NCBI GenBank assembly: GCA_964016885.1
Contig: OZ024741.1
Coordinates: 311,488,001 to 311,552,000, forward strand
DNA length: 64,000 nucleotides
Reading direction: 5' to 3'
Source of the DNA: Eledone cirrhosa
Lineage: Eukaryota
The position numbers were made by a program, and so were the translations under genes. Shown in pieces: positions 12,765 through 24,345 of this stretch. The notes below the pieces were generated by a model. That model had not been told where the DNA came from, searched no databases, and saw only the letters and a list, made by a program, of their open reading frames with translations. Numbering within the stretch: the stretch's first letter is position 1; each line of letters begins with the position of its first letter.

Positions 12765-15706
12765 CATCAAGCATTTGAAAAATATATAAATACAAAATAT
12801 ACAATATAAAATATGAAATATGAATTATAATTTAAATTGTGAATTATGAATTCTTTGTACCCATCATAGGAATTTTCAGAAAAACCTTTCTTCAAATCTT
12901 TCAGTACGTTTATTAAGAAAAGTTCTTCAAGAAAAAATCCTTTCAAGATAGTTATAAGCAATCATATGAAGGAATCCAATGAATTATCGATAGGTTTAAT
13001 AAATATGAGTTATGTATTACAGTTTATATATATATTTAAACGTTGAGTTCAATCTATGTTTGCAAGAACTGAAAAGATTACTTCTTAAATTAACAGAATT
13101 TTTACTTTTTAATATAAAGAATATTGACTCTATACAAAGAGTGCAATTTTCAGAAGAAGAATTGCATGGAGGAGTTTTAGAGATAATATTCCAAAGTAAA
13201 GAATAGTTAGTGTTCTTTGATTTTAGTTCCCATAGTAAATTAGTTAGAGAAGTTGAAGATTGTTTATTTATATTCGTAAAAGAGCATTTATGGTTATTAA
13301 AACGAGCCTTAAAACCTGTGGAGGTAGACCCTACATAATTAAATGAATTTAAATTAGTGTTTCCATTACAATTATATACTATATTTTTAACTAAACAATT
13401 GTTATTTAACGGACAGTTAGATTTATTTCTACAGTTACATTTATCAAAATTTGAGTTTCTATGTGCCGTATTATTCAGTTGGATATTGCTGGGGTTATTA
13501 ATGGTATTCTGGTTAGGTTTTAAGTTTCTATTATTAATTCTGCGCTAAATTACTGGTGGTTGATAAGTTAATTTTATAGTATGTCTATTAAATATTGAGT
13601 AATACCTATGTGTTCTAGGGAAGCATTTATCTAGAGCTTTAAAGAATAATTTATCAATAGGAGTTTTATTACTTAATGAGAAAGGAGCAGCGAACCATAA
13701 TATATTCCTAGTTCTATTTCTTTTTTTGTTTTTCGAATTATTGTCAGGTTTTCTATTATAGTTGTTAAATTATAGTTATTTGTCATATCATTACTATCAA
13801 TGTATTTAATTTTATTGCTATATCCAGCTCTACCTAACGCTTCGTTATAATATTGCGCTTTATCTTCAAAAATATTCTTATTAGCTGAAATTCTAGAAAT
13901 ACGTTGCTGCACAGAGTTTACTATCGTGTTTTTAACGGATCTGGGGTGATTTCAATTAAAATTAACGTAGTTTAAGTTCTCGTTTATTTTGTGAAATGGA
14001 TAATAAAGACCTCTGTTAAGGTTTAAAGTTACATCTAGAAAGTTAACTATTTTATAATTATTCTCTATTTCTACTTTAAGATTAAGGTAATTAAAAAATT
14101 GTATAATTTCTTTTCTTTTCCTATTTATTTCACAGTCATTATTATTTTCTATAAGTAATAGCATATCGTCGCGATATAAACATCCGGTCATCTCCGGTAT
14201 TTTTCTATGTAGAGTATTATTAATAGAAAGCCCCACGAGATCCGTTATTTGGGCGGAATCCGATGACCCCATAGTGATATCGAAATTATTATCTCTGTCT
14301 GCTCTAGTCCAGAGGTGGTTGTTTAATTTATTTAATGTTTTGCGTGCAGTTAGGATAATGCGCATTTCATTACTACTTAAGTCTGTATGTTTAAATGCAT
14401 ATGTTAGGGCTTTGTTAAGTAGATTAGGAGTGATGGATGAGTAATAATTAGCAATATCCAATTGAATAAACGTATTATTATAGTTATATTGAATGTCTTT
14501 AAACCAGTCGATAACTTCGTTATTTCCTTTCCACAATTTTAAATAAGATAATTCTTTAATTTGTGGTATGATTCTGTCTAAAATGTTCTTGCTAAGTATG
14601 CCAAAGTCCGATTTAGATGGTGCAATTAATTTCAAAATTTCTTTTATGGTCCTTCATATTAATTTTTGGTTTTCTTGAGTTGTGTCCTATTTTCAATGCC
14701 TAATTCTTGCATTATGTAAGAAGCTTCTGTATTCAATTTTCCAAGGTCATCATAAGTTGTCTTTTTGTATTTCTTCCTTAATTCCTTTAATATAAGATCG
14801 CTATAAATATCCTTTTGCATTCCATAGAGATTGTTGGTTTTATCTGACTTGACTAGAATTTTTTCCGTTTTTCAAAGCTTTCTATATTAGTTTTGAGATT
14901 TCCTAGGTAATCCTCGCCTATGAAGTTGTTTTTTTATAAATTTAAATGCTTTGAATTATAGAGATGATTTCATTTTCAAAATCTATTAGTAGTTTGTTGG
15001 AAGGTGGATTCTTTTTAGATTTGAAGATTCTATCAAGATTGGAAATATTCTCTTTTTAATCAGATGTATCAAATGGAAAGTACGCCGCCTGAGTCTTCTT
15101 ATAAATGAGTCTGATTTTTCTATTAATTGTTTTATAAAGTCTTTATTCCTAGGTAAAGGTATGTCCTTTAGAGAAGAAGAGATCTTAAAGAATTCCATTA
15201 TTTTTCAGTTATAATTTAAAGCGCTCGACAGTAAAGGAGCAAAATATATATGTAGAGGTTATATTTAATTTGTTGGGATACAACTAGCAAACTATTTTTA
15301 TAACTGATATAAGGCGCTCAACAAATTATTGGAGTAAATATACAATATATTAACAAATGGAAACTATATTTATAAAACCATATTTATTTCATTATACATA
15401 TTTCAAGGGCCACCAGAGTAAACTATGGTGCGCTTTCATCACATAAAATATAATATAGGTTAGTTTTATAAATAAATATTGACATACCCTTAAAAAATAC
15501 AACCATTCTGGTTGGAATCTCCTGGATAGAGGAGTTATTAGATTTATTGTTGGTTTATTTTGCAAATTAGTGTTGGAAAGGTTTAAAAAGAGTATACTTA
15601 CTCCAATAATTTGTTGATTGCTGCATATCAGTTATAAAAATATTTTGCTTGTTGTATACCAACAAATTAAATATAACCTCTACATATAAATATATATATA
15701 TGTATG

Positions 15707-15777
<71 letters not shown>

Positions 15778-16111
15778 GTATATATATTTTTTTTGTGCTT
15801 TTGCTTACCACGTGTGTTTGTTTATTTATTTTTATTTGTGTTTTTTTTCCTCTTTCGTATCGCTGTCAACTTGCTATTTATTTTTTTTTATTTTTATTTA
15901 TTTATTTTTTTAAAACTTGACTTGTATTTATTGATTTCTTGTATATGTATTTTGTTTTTGTATGGTGATGTGACTGCACATGGTGGTTTATTTATTTTTA
16001 TATATTTATTTATATAATTTTATATATAGATATATATATGTACATATATATATGTGTGTGTGTATTTATGTGTATGTGTATGTATATTTATGTGTATATA
16101 TACATGTAAAC

Positions 16112-16177
<66 letters not shown>

Positions 16178-16494
16178 GTGTGTGTGTGTGTGTATGTGTG
16201 TGTGTGTGTGTGTCTGTGTTTATATACTTATATATTTATTATCTTTTTCTCTTCTTCGTTCAGTCTCTCTTTCATATTCCTTATATTTTTGTTTTCAAAT
16301 CCACATTCAATAAAAGACACCAGGACTCTTTCATTCTGACGACTGAAAGCAGATGTGTTTGTTTTCAAGAAACCACTGGTAAATGAAATATTTATCTTAT
16401 GTTGTTTGCGATGAAATACCAATGATGGTTGGAAGATCACTGATGAAGGACTAAGTTTATTCATATATATATTTATATATATATATATATATAA

Positions 16495-16573
<79 letters not shown>

Positions 16574-16583
16574 ATATATATAA

Positions 16584-16641
<58 letters not shown>

Positions 16642-16719
16642 TATTAATAATGAGTTCAAAACTCAGGCAGTCCTTTACACTGAAATAGCTCAAAGAAAGA
16701 AGTATTTCTGAGCCGTGTA

Positions 16720-17044
16720 ATACAAGTTGATATAAATTAATATATTTGATAAACACAAATACCAACATATCCGTGTTTGTATTCTAAATGACTAAGTTAG
16801 CTAGATTGAAATATACTAATTATGATAATACAGTTTGCCTGTCTAGATTTAAAATAATATATCAATAAAAAGAAAGCATATTTGCCAATATGCTTTGTTT
16901 TTATTGATTTATTATTTTAAATCGAGACAGGCAAACTGTATTATCATAATTAGTATATTTCAATCTAGCTAACTTAGTCATTTACAATACAAACACGGAT
17001 ATGTTGGTATTTGTGTTTATCAAATATATTAATTTATATTAACT

Positions 17045-17049
<5 letters not shown>
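16720..17049. repeat. Near-perfect fold-back with arms of about 163 bp, ending in (TA)n
   Basis: atacaagttgatataaatt...agcatatt tgcc aatatgct...aatttatattaacttgtat. Confidence 0.9.
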
Positions 17050-17094
<45 letters not shown>

Positions 17095-17201
17095 TATTGT
17101 ATTTGATACAGTAGATACTGCTGCTGTTACTAAAGTAAACGTTCCAGGCACAGGTACGTATATAATCTTACATTATGTATCATACCCTAGGTATGATACA
17201 T

Positions 17202-17609
17202 AATTGTTTCTACTTTAGGCACTAGGCCAGCAATTACCCAGTGCATTACTGGTACTTTATTTTATCGACCCCGTAAGGATGAAAGGCAAAGTCAACCTCG
17301 GCGGGATTTGAACTCAGATCGTAAAGGGACGTAACTATGCTGGAAAGCATGGCGTCCGACCCTCTACCGATACTGCCAATCCACCGCCCGTATGGATGAT
17401 ACATAATGTAAGATTAATATAGGGCGGTGGATTGGCAGTATCAGTAGAGGGTCGGATGCCATGCTCTCCAGCATAGTTACGTCCCTTTACGATCTGAGTT
17501 CAAATCCCGCCGAGGTTGACTTTGCCTTTCATCCTTACGGGGTCGATAAAATAAAGTACCAGTAATACACTGGGTAATTGCTGGCCTTGTGCCTAAAGTA
17601 GAAACAATT
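17202..17609. mobile_element. Head-to-head pair of tRNA-derived SINEs (17202-17389 minus, 17421-17609 plus)
   Basis: Two near-identical full SINEs in opposite orientation. The target sequence tatgtatcataccct is duplicated and inverted. Confidence 0.9.
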
Positions 17610-18012
17610 ATGTATCATACCCTAACTTTAACTGTTGTTATTACCTAGATATTAGGACAAGTTAATTTCGACATCCTCACACTGAAAGGTATAAATGCAT
17701 AACTATCAAAATACACTACGCGTGTGAATACGAGTGTTTGTCTTTTAACTGGTACTAACTAAGTTACGTACCTCGTATTACCATGTGTGCATGTACACCT
17801 ATCCTATGTATCTGCATATATTCCCGAGTATATGCATGAGAGGATGTTCAAACACGTGCGTACATGTTTATATATGAATACACCCATCCGTGCGTGTTTT
17901 TAAAGCTATGCATCTACAGACGGTCATACTAACATGGTCTTATGTTAACCGTCTAAGATTTTACACCACTAACTTGCTTGGTACGGTGATATCTCAGAGT
18001 GGCTTGCGTTTA

Positions 18013-18934
18013 TCTATATATATAAAACTGAGGATGTCTGTCTGTGTGTGTGTGAGTTTGAAACCCTAAAACTCGAGAACCATCCAACCGACTGTTTTCA
18101 AACTTTACACATGTAATACTTATGTTTCAGGGAGTGTTCTGAGCAAAAGATAATTTCAAAGTTTCAATGCCCTAGGGACCGCATTGGGCGATTTAGCGAT
18201 ATCTCACTATAATTCTTAGTCTTTCACTTTTTAAATAGAAATATACATATAACGTCGTCCCCTTATAATGTCTGTCTTATGTCTGACTGTCTGCATTACA
18301 TGACTTCACTGAGGGTGTGTGTGTGTGTGTGTCTGTGAGCTTGAAACCCTAAAATTCGAGAATTACCCAACCGACTTCTTTAAAACCATACATGTGTATT
18401 ACCTAGGTTTCAGGGAGTGTCATGCACATTAAAAAATTCAACTTTTCGATCCTCTAGGACCCGCATTAGTTGAAAAACTGCGTTTTTTTCCAGGTTTTTA
18501 GCGGGTTTTGAGTCATTACGTCAGACTGATTTCCTTGAAATTGTAACTATGTATTAGTCAGTCTCTTCTTCATACCGTGAGCAAAGAAAATCCATCTTTT
18601 TTACGGCATAGTGCACGCATTAGGTGAACATCTTAATGTTTTCAACTTTTTAGGGCATTATTGAGGTGTGACGTCTAGCCCTTTTTCCCGGAATTTCAAG
18701 TCATAATATGCACATAAAAAAAATTCATTTTCTTGATCCCCTAGGGCCCGTTAGGTGAAAACCTTTATTTTTCCTGCCTCATCGAGGAAAATCTCAAATA
18801 TTATCCAGCCATCAGAGTATTCGGTTTATTTTCTTTACATATTGTCCACGCATGCAGTTTTTCCACGATTAGGTCTGCTGGCGGCCCGCCTTCCAAAATA
18901 CCTTATCGCGTGCAACGCCGGGTACCACTGCTAG
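18013..18934 (+). mobile_element. Non-autonomous Helitron
   Basis: Starts A|TCTATATATATAAAA..GATGTCTGTCTG and ends with a GC-rich hairpin (gcgtgcaacgc..) and CTAG|T. Contains an internal duplication of about 280 bp and no TSD. Confidence 0.8.
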
Positions 18935-19381
18935 TATATGATATAAGTGAACTTAAGCATGTTTAAATCTATTATATGAAATTACATGTTCACTATATCT
19001 TTCGACAGCTGCAATTCACACTCATAATAATAAAAGTACTACTATTCCAAGTCATTAGCAATGCAATTTGCTATGGTAACGTAGTAACACCGGACATAAA
19101 TTTAGCAGATCGCTTAAGGGTAAACACACCACTATTGGCTTAATAACAGCGCTATATTTGAATTCATTAATCCTAGACTGTTATAATAACAACTGCTGTT
19201 CCTATCATGGGGAAAATGATTTCAACTTCAGATTTTCGTTCATCTCTGAGTAACAAAAATATACAATAATGAGCCTACTTTTGCAAAAGTCTTCATGCTT
19301 AGTTTAATGATTTCACATTCTAGATTGCGATATATGCCTATAGGATTTATGGCTATAAGTCTCAAGCCTTAAGATACTATT

Positions 19382-19450
19382 TCAGTATATTTGCCATTTA
19401 TCCGCTTCCATTTGTTCCCTTGATTCTTCCATGGCTTTCTTATAATCTTC
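19382..19450 (-). CDS. Candidate terminal coding exon EDYKKAMEESREQMEADKWQIY* of an unidentified gene
   Basis: Acceptor TTATTTCTTCACACGTAG|GAA, 22 non-repetitive codons then TGA, in unique sequence. ATTAAA lies about 75 nt downstream on the minus strand. Confidence 0.5.
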   Translation of the reverse strand, partial: EDYKKAMEESREQMEADKWQIY

Positions 19451-19663
19451 CTACGTGTGAAGAAATAATTTATTCTGTCACACTACCAAATAAATGCATT
19501 TGAAGATTAATACTATGCGAATAATTATTAATTGTAACAGATTGATTCATTGTTTAAACGTAAATACACGTCTTTCATCTCTATAGAAACAATTGTCATG
19601 ATTAATGATGGACATGATTTAAAAACCTTTGTTTATTGATTATATATATATATATATACAGTA

Positions 19664-19818
19664 AACGTGGTTGGTGTTAGGAAGGGCATCCAGCCGTAGA
19701 AAACCTGCCAGCCAGTCCTATACGAGAAACACAACCAATCTTGCCTCAATTGGGACAATTCCCGTCTAAACCCATGCTAGCATGGAAGATAGACGTTAAA
19801 CGATGATGATGATGATGA
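19664..19818 (+). mobile_element. RTE-associated SINE/LINE 3' tail
   Basis: ggaagggcatccagccgta...cccatgctagcatggaa..(GAT)n. A shorter antisense copy lies at about 30420-30480. Confidence 0.65.
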
Positions 19819-20098
19819 TATATAATAGGTAAGTAGCATTAATTCGAGATACCTTGGCAGCTTTGACCAGTATAACCTGTAGCACATCGATCTAAACATA
19901 TTCCATATCGATTCTCACAGTTAAAGGTTTTATGTTTATGTAAAAGCATAATAACAATTTTACGATATCTTATGAACCCATGGAGAAAAAGGAACAATAT
20001 AATTAAAATCTTTGCATGTACAAATATCAGAAATCCTTCCTTGAGTCAGTTATACAGTAATTATTAATGATATTCTTACATTTAACGACAATAATTCA

Positions 20099-20173
<75 letters not shown>

Positions 20174-20748
20174 GAGTATAGGGTTACGTGCACATGTCGG
20201 TTGTGAAACAAATAAAAAGAAGCCCTCAACGACCTGTATAAATGGTGCAAGCCGGATCATTATATATTAATAAAAGATAATCCTCAGCGAAATATGTACA
20301 ACGGAGTTTAATAAACCTGAATCAACTGAATATGGCCTCCTATCTTTTATTAATATATATATGATGGCTGCAACTTGATTTCGAATAATGACATCGCTTG
20401 ATACTGAAGCATGTGCATCACGGACATGGCTTTTCAGTCATGCTGGGGACTTGCCTATCGCCAGCAATACCATGCAACACAAAACATGTCACCTATCAAG
20501 CGATGCCTGTGCTTGAAGCTATTTTAAGCGACGAAAGACTTTGCACGGAGCCAATCCCACTCTCTGAACTTCGAATGCATTTGACCAAAAGGTAGAACTG
20601 GTCTACATCATTCGCAGAGTTTATATCGGAGTGACCTACTCCAAGAGAGACGTCTTAATGAAGACTAAGAGTCTCTCGATCCATTGAGGGACTAATTTTA
20701 TAATATATAATCCATGTGCAACCATGCAGTATTCTTCTTCTCCTTGTT

Positions 20749-20822
<74 letters not shown>

Positions 20823-20826
<4 letters not shown>

Positions 20827-21026
20827 CGAAGGAAGTCTGGTAAGGAAGGAGGTGGACCATAACACGCCAGAGAACTCGATACCTTGGGTAGTAGAGTGGG
20901 TAATAGGGAAAGGTTGAAGACCCCGATGGCAGAGCTCAAGCCGTTACGACGGCTATTTCAAGTATTGCAGAAATACCCGCCGAAACGGCTTGAGCTCTGC
21001 CGTTGGGGTCCTGAAGCTTTTCCTAT
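20823..21026 (-). mobile_element. Family A fold-back mini-element
   Basis: Same tail and arms, centred on ggctatttc aagtattgca gaaatacc, in (TA)n. Confidence 0.8.
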
Positions 21027-21042
21027 ATATATATATAGTGAA

Positions 21043-21160
21043 GGCGTGTGGCTGAGTGGTTAGAGAATTGGATTCACAATCGTAAGGTTGTGAGTTCGAT
21101 TCCTGGACCAGGCGATGCGTTATGTCCTTGGGCAAGACACTTTATTTCACGTTGCTCCTT
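21043..21160 (+). mobile_element. Second tRNA-derived SINE family (head)
   Basis: A-box TGGCTGAGTGG, B-box GAGTTCGATTCC, then tgtccttgggcaagacactttatttcac. Confidence 0.75.
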
Positions 21161-21256
21161 CTACCTGGAGTTGCGACCGATAGATAGTATTAGCAATTGG
21201 AAAGACCAACGGAAAACATTGTTCCCTCGGTCCGATTTGACGAAAGTCGATCGATT

Positions 21257-21287
<31 letters not shown>

Positions 21288-21289
21288 AT

Positions 21290-23710
21290 GGAAAAATTTG
21301 AACAGGAACAAAACAGAGAGGCAGTACAACGAACGGATCGGTTGTACAATAGAGAGTATTCGAAGTATTAACAAATGTGTCATTAGTCCGGTGTGGTTAA
21401 AAACCACAAATCGCAGTATGCCGCGGCAATCGGTTTCAATTACAATTGACACGGGACCAATTTTTGAAAATTCCCATTCTGTGTGTATGATAGAGTGCGC
21501 TAGTGTTTATAGATACATGAAAAATAACAACTAGAATAATAGTAAGGAAAGTATAGTGAAGAGGAAGATATTAGGATGAAGGCAAGAAAACATAGTAACA
21601 ATAATGACATGAAAAAAAGTGGTGTGAAAAGATAATATAAAGAAAATAATAAAAAAGTAAAACAATAATAGAGATAGTAACAAAATAAAAAATACAAAAA
21701 ATACCGGTAGAGTTGAAAGTAAAGATGAAAAGTGAGGGTACAAATAACTGGACAGTGTAATAACATGGGATGAGATGAAACAATAGGATACAGGTGACTG
21801 TGTAATAAAGTGGGATAAGATGAAATAAAAATATAAAACAAAAAATATAAAACAATGAGATAATGATAACAGATGGGTAATTAGGAATGGGGCTATTTTG
21901 AAAAGTGTAAACTTAATGGGTAGAGGTGAAGATTGATGGTGATGTTGACTATGAAGGGTGATTGATGCTGTATGTGAGGGAAGGGATTTCAAGGATGTGT
22001 CTTTAAATAAAAAATATTTAATCACCGACGAAGTGCCAGTTAATCTTGCTTTCTATTGGTTGTTGGTGTAACTTTTGAAGTGTTAAAGAAAACTTGCTCT
22101 CATACGTGATTAACCGCTAACTGTGGTAAGGAGGTGTCAAATTGGTTCGTTGGCGGCAATTTTGCAGACACTATAAATCCGGGAAGTTGTATTGTTTACA
22201 TGGAAAATGAGGTTGCTGGATCGAGTCTTGTTTATCTCGGTTTATAATTGGAAAATGTACTAGCGGCTTTGTGCCCACAGAAAATTGTCCGCTCGATTTT
22301 GCTGTTTAGTAGCTTTTATTATACTGTAGAATATGGAGTAATTCCATATTGCATTGTACGCATTGGCACATCCCGTTTGTGTAGGCTTTTGCATTCTATA
22401 ATTTCAACCAGTTAATTTGATATCCTTCATTATTGTTCTTAAGCTGCCAGATTTTATTGGCCCGCGTCTTTGTGTTACTGGGCATCCGGTACTTTATGGA
22501 GTGCCGATGCACATACCATCGTTTTTAGTAGTCACCAGCCGTAGAACCTATGCGATACCACATATGGTTGCCAAATTTAATAGTGCACAAATATACTATA
22601 CCGGAATCCAGGCATCTATTCAGTAGTGGGCGTTTATCTGACAGGTAGAAGTTACATTTGGAGGCCTTCCTATGTGCTGGTACCTCGTTATAGTTCGATT
22701 TGTAGTTTGAGATGAACTGGGAAGCTGGTCTGTTTGTGATTTTATTGTGACATATCGACGGACAGCAGGTTGTAATGCTGTTATGTGGTTGTGTTTTGTA
22801 TTTGATGCCGTGGTGATGGTTTGTGGACTAGAGTGTTTAGATATTCTCCTGGAGTTTTTTATGTGTGATTCGTAGTTGATGTCCTCGAGTGTACCTCAAG
22901 GGTTTTCCTATATTTTCTATGTAGTTCACGGCGTATAAAGCTGTTGTAGGTGTCTAGGCTCATGGTATATACGTTCGATGTTTTGTCCGCTTTAACTATA
23001 ATTCCGTCAGTATTGTGTAATCTTTTCAAAAGTGCATTGATGTCGTTCTGCAGTTTGTTGTGACCAGTGCGTTTTTTAAAACTTAATTCCACTTCTCATG
23101 TTCATGAGGTCGAGTGCAAAAGCGTCAAGCTGGGGGTTACTTGGTGGATTTTTGCAAGATATAAATACGTATTTCTGTTTAGTGTTTCCCTCAGTATCAA
23201 TTGTGTGTCCTTTGTCGTAATGATATCCTTTCCATCGGATTCGATGGTTAAAATCATTGGTGCGCTGTATCATGCCCAGTGTATAATCCCTGTTTGTAGG
23301 TATAGGCAACATTCTAGTGACATGCCTATGTTGTGCTTTTCCACGTTAATGCCTGGTGTTAAAATTCTTACTCAACTTGGTGGGAGCTAATCATATAAGG
23401 TAACGAGGTAACGTTTAAGGTAATCCAAGTAGAGGTTATGAGTACTCCTTTATCAGGGATAGTTTAACATTCGGCTTTGTTTCACTTAGCAAGACATTTA
23501 TTAGTTGTAGTGTTCGGGTGGCAGATTTAAGGCATTTCCTAGGTAAGTGGTTCCTGGAGTATTAATAATAAAGGAGTGAAGAATAACATGGATCTGCTGT
23601 ACGATAGGGGTTATTCGAAGTGTTAACAAATGTTGCATTAGTCCGCTGTGATTAAAAGCGTTATTCGCAGTATGGGGCATCACACCGATTTTAATTACCA
23701 TTGACACCCG
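21290..23710 (-). mobile_element. Internally deleted Penelope-like element
   Basis: N-terminal remnants LPIPTNRDY..RIRWK, KNPPSNPQLDAF and IIVKADKTSNVY. Diverged direct repeats at about 21330-21455 and 23590-23710. Confidence 0.7.
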
Positions 23711-23759
23711 ATGAAATATATATTTCGAAACATATATATATCAGGATAGAACCAGTTTG

Positions 23760-23944
23760 AAACTCGTTAGACCATTACTCTAGAGAGTACTGTATACTTG
23801 GGGTAGTAGAGTATGACTCTATTATAATGAGGCAGTATCCGAGGACTGAGCTCTAGCCTTTTCAACAACTAGTTCGAGAGTCTGGAGCTAGCTAACTAGC
23901 TGTTGAGATAAGGAGGGATAAGCCGTTGGGTTACGATTCCTTAT

Positions 23945-23945
<1 letters not shown>
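23760..23945 (-). mobile_element. Old, diverged relative of the family A mini-element
   Basis: gagtactgtatacttggggtagtagagt tail, actgagctctagcc and a residual caactagtt/aactagctg palindrome before (TA)n. Confidence 0.45.
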
Positions 23946-23978
<33 letters not shown>

Positions 23979-24264
23979 GTTCAAGAGTAACCAATCTTAA
24001 AGAGAGAGATGGAGATAGGAGAGGAGATAGGAGAGGAGCGATTGGTGAATTAGTTACAAGCCAAAGCGTAAAGGCATGTGCTCAATGTGCAATATGCAGT
24101 GGAAAGCAGCTAGGTGGCTGGGTTCATGCAGAGGTTAGGTGCACAGAGCTGGAAATATTCATTAGTTAAGCCAAACAACACCACAAATTTCACAAGGAAG
24201 ACATTATTAAAATATTGTCAACATATTTTAGTTTGATGTAATTAATGTAGAGAATAATAATAAC

Positions 24265-24340
<76 letters not shown>

Positions 24341-24345
24341 TAATA

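Larger units (their letters stand above)
11316..15690 (-). mobile_element. Near full-length decayed Penelope-like element (probably Naiad type)
   Basis: ORF remnants at 15198-13000 (SLKDIPLP..KQLIEK, QLDIANYYSSI, FDITMGSSDSA, CLYRDD, NFLDVTLNL, CNCRNKSNCP, YVGSTSTGFKARF). Direct pseudo-LTR repeats at 11316-11575 and 15341-15600. Inverted segments at 15245-15342 and 15594-15690. Confidence 0.9.

Noticed and set aside
15649-16768. Many ORFs reading YIYIYI, CVCVCV, THTHTH or MYVCMYV (also near 4946-5357, 10148-10485, 29940-30489, 45855-46311)
   Set aside because: They are translations of (TA)n, (TG)n and (CATA)n microsatellites, not genes.
17421-17500. tRNA-like A and B boxes as genuine tRNA genes (also 21043-21115)
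   Set aside because: There is no proper cloverleaf, and they continue into SINE bodies present in many copies with TSDs.
21500-22025. Hydrophobic F/L/Y-rich ORFs resembling membrane proteins (also 24888-25157)
   Set aside because: They arise from low-complexity A-rich UTR sequence of retroelements.
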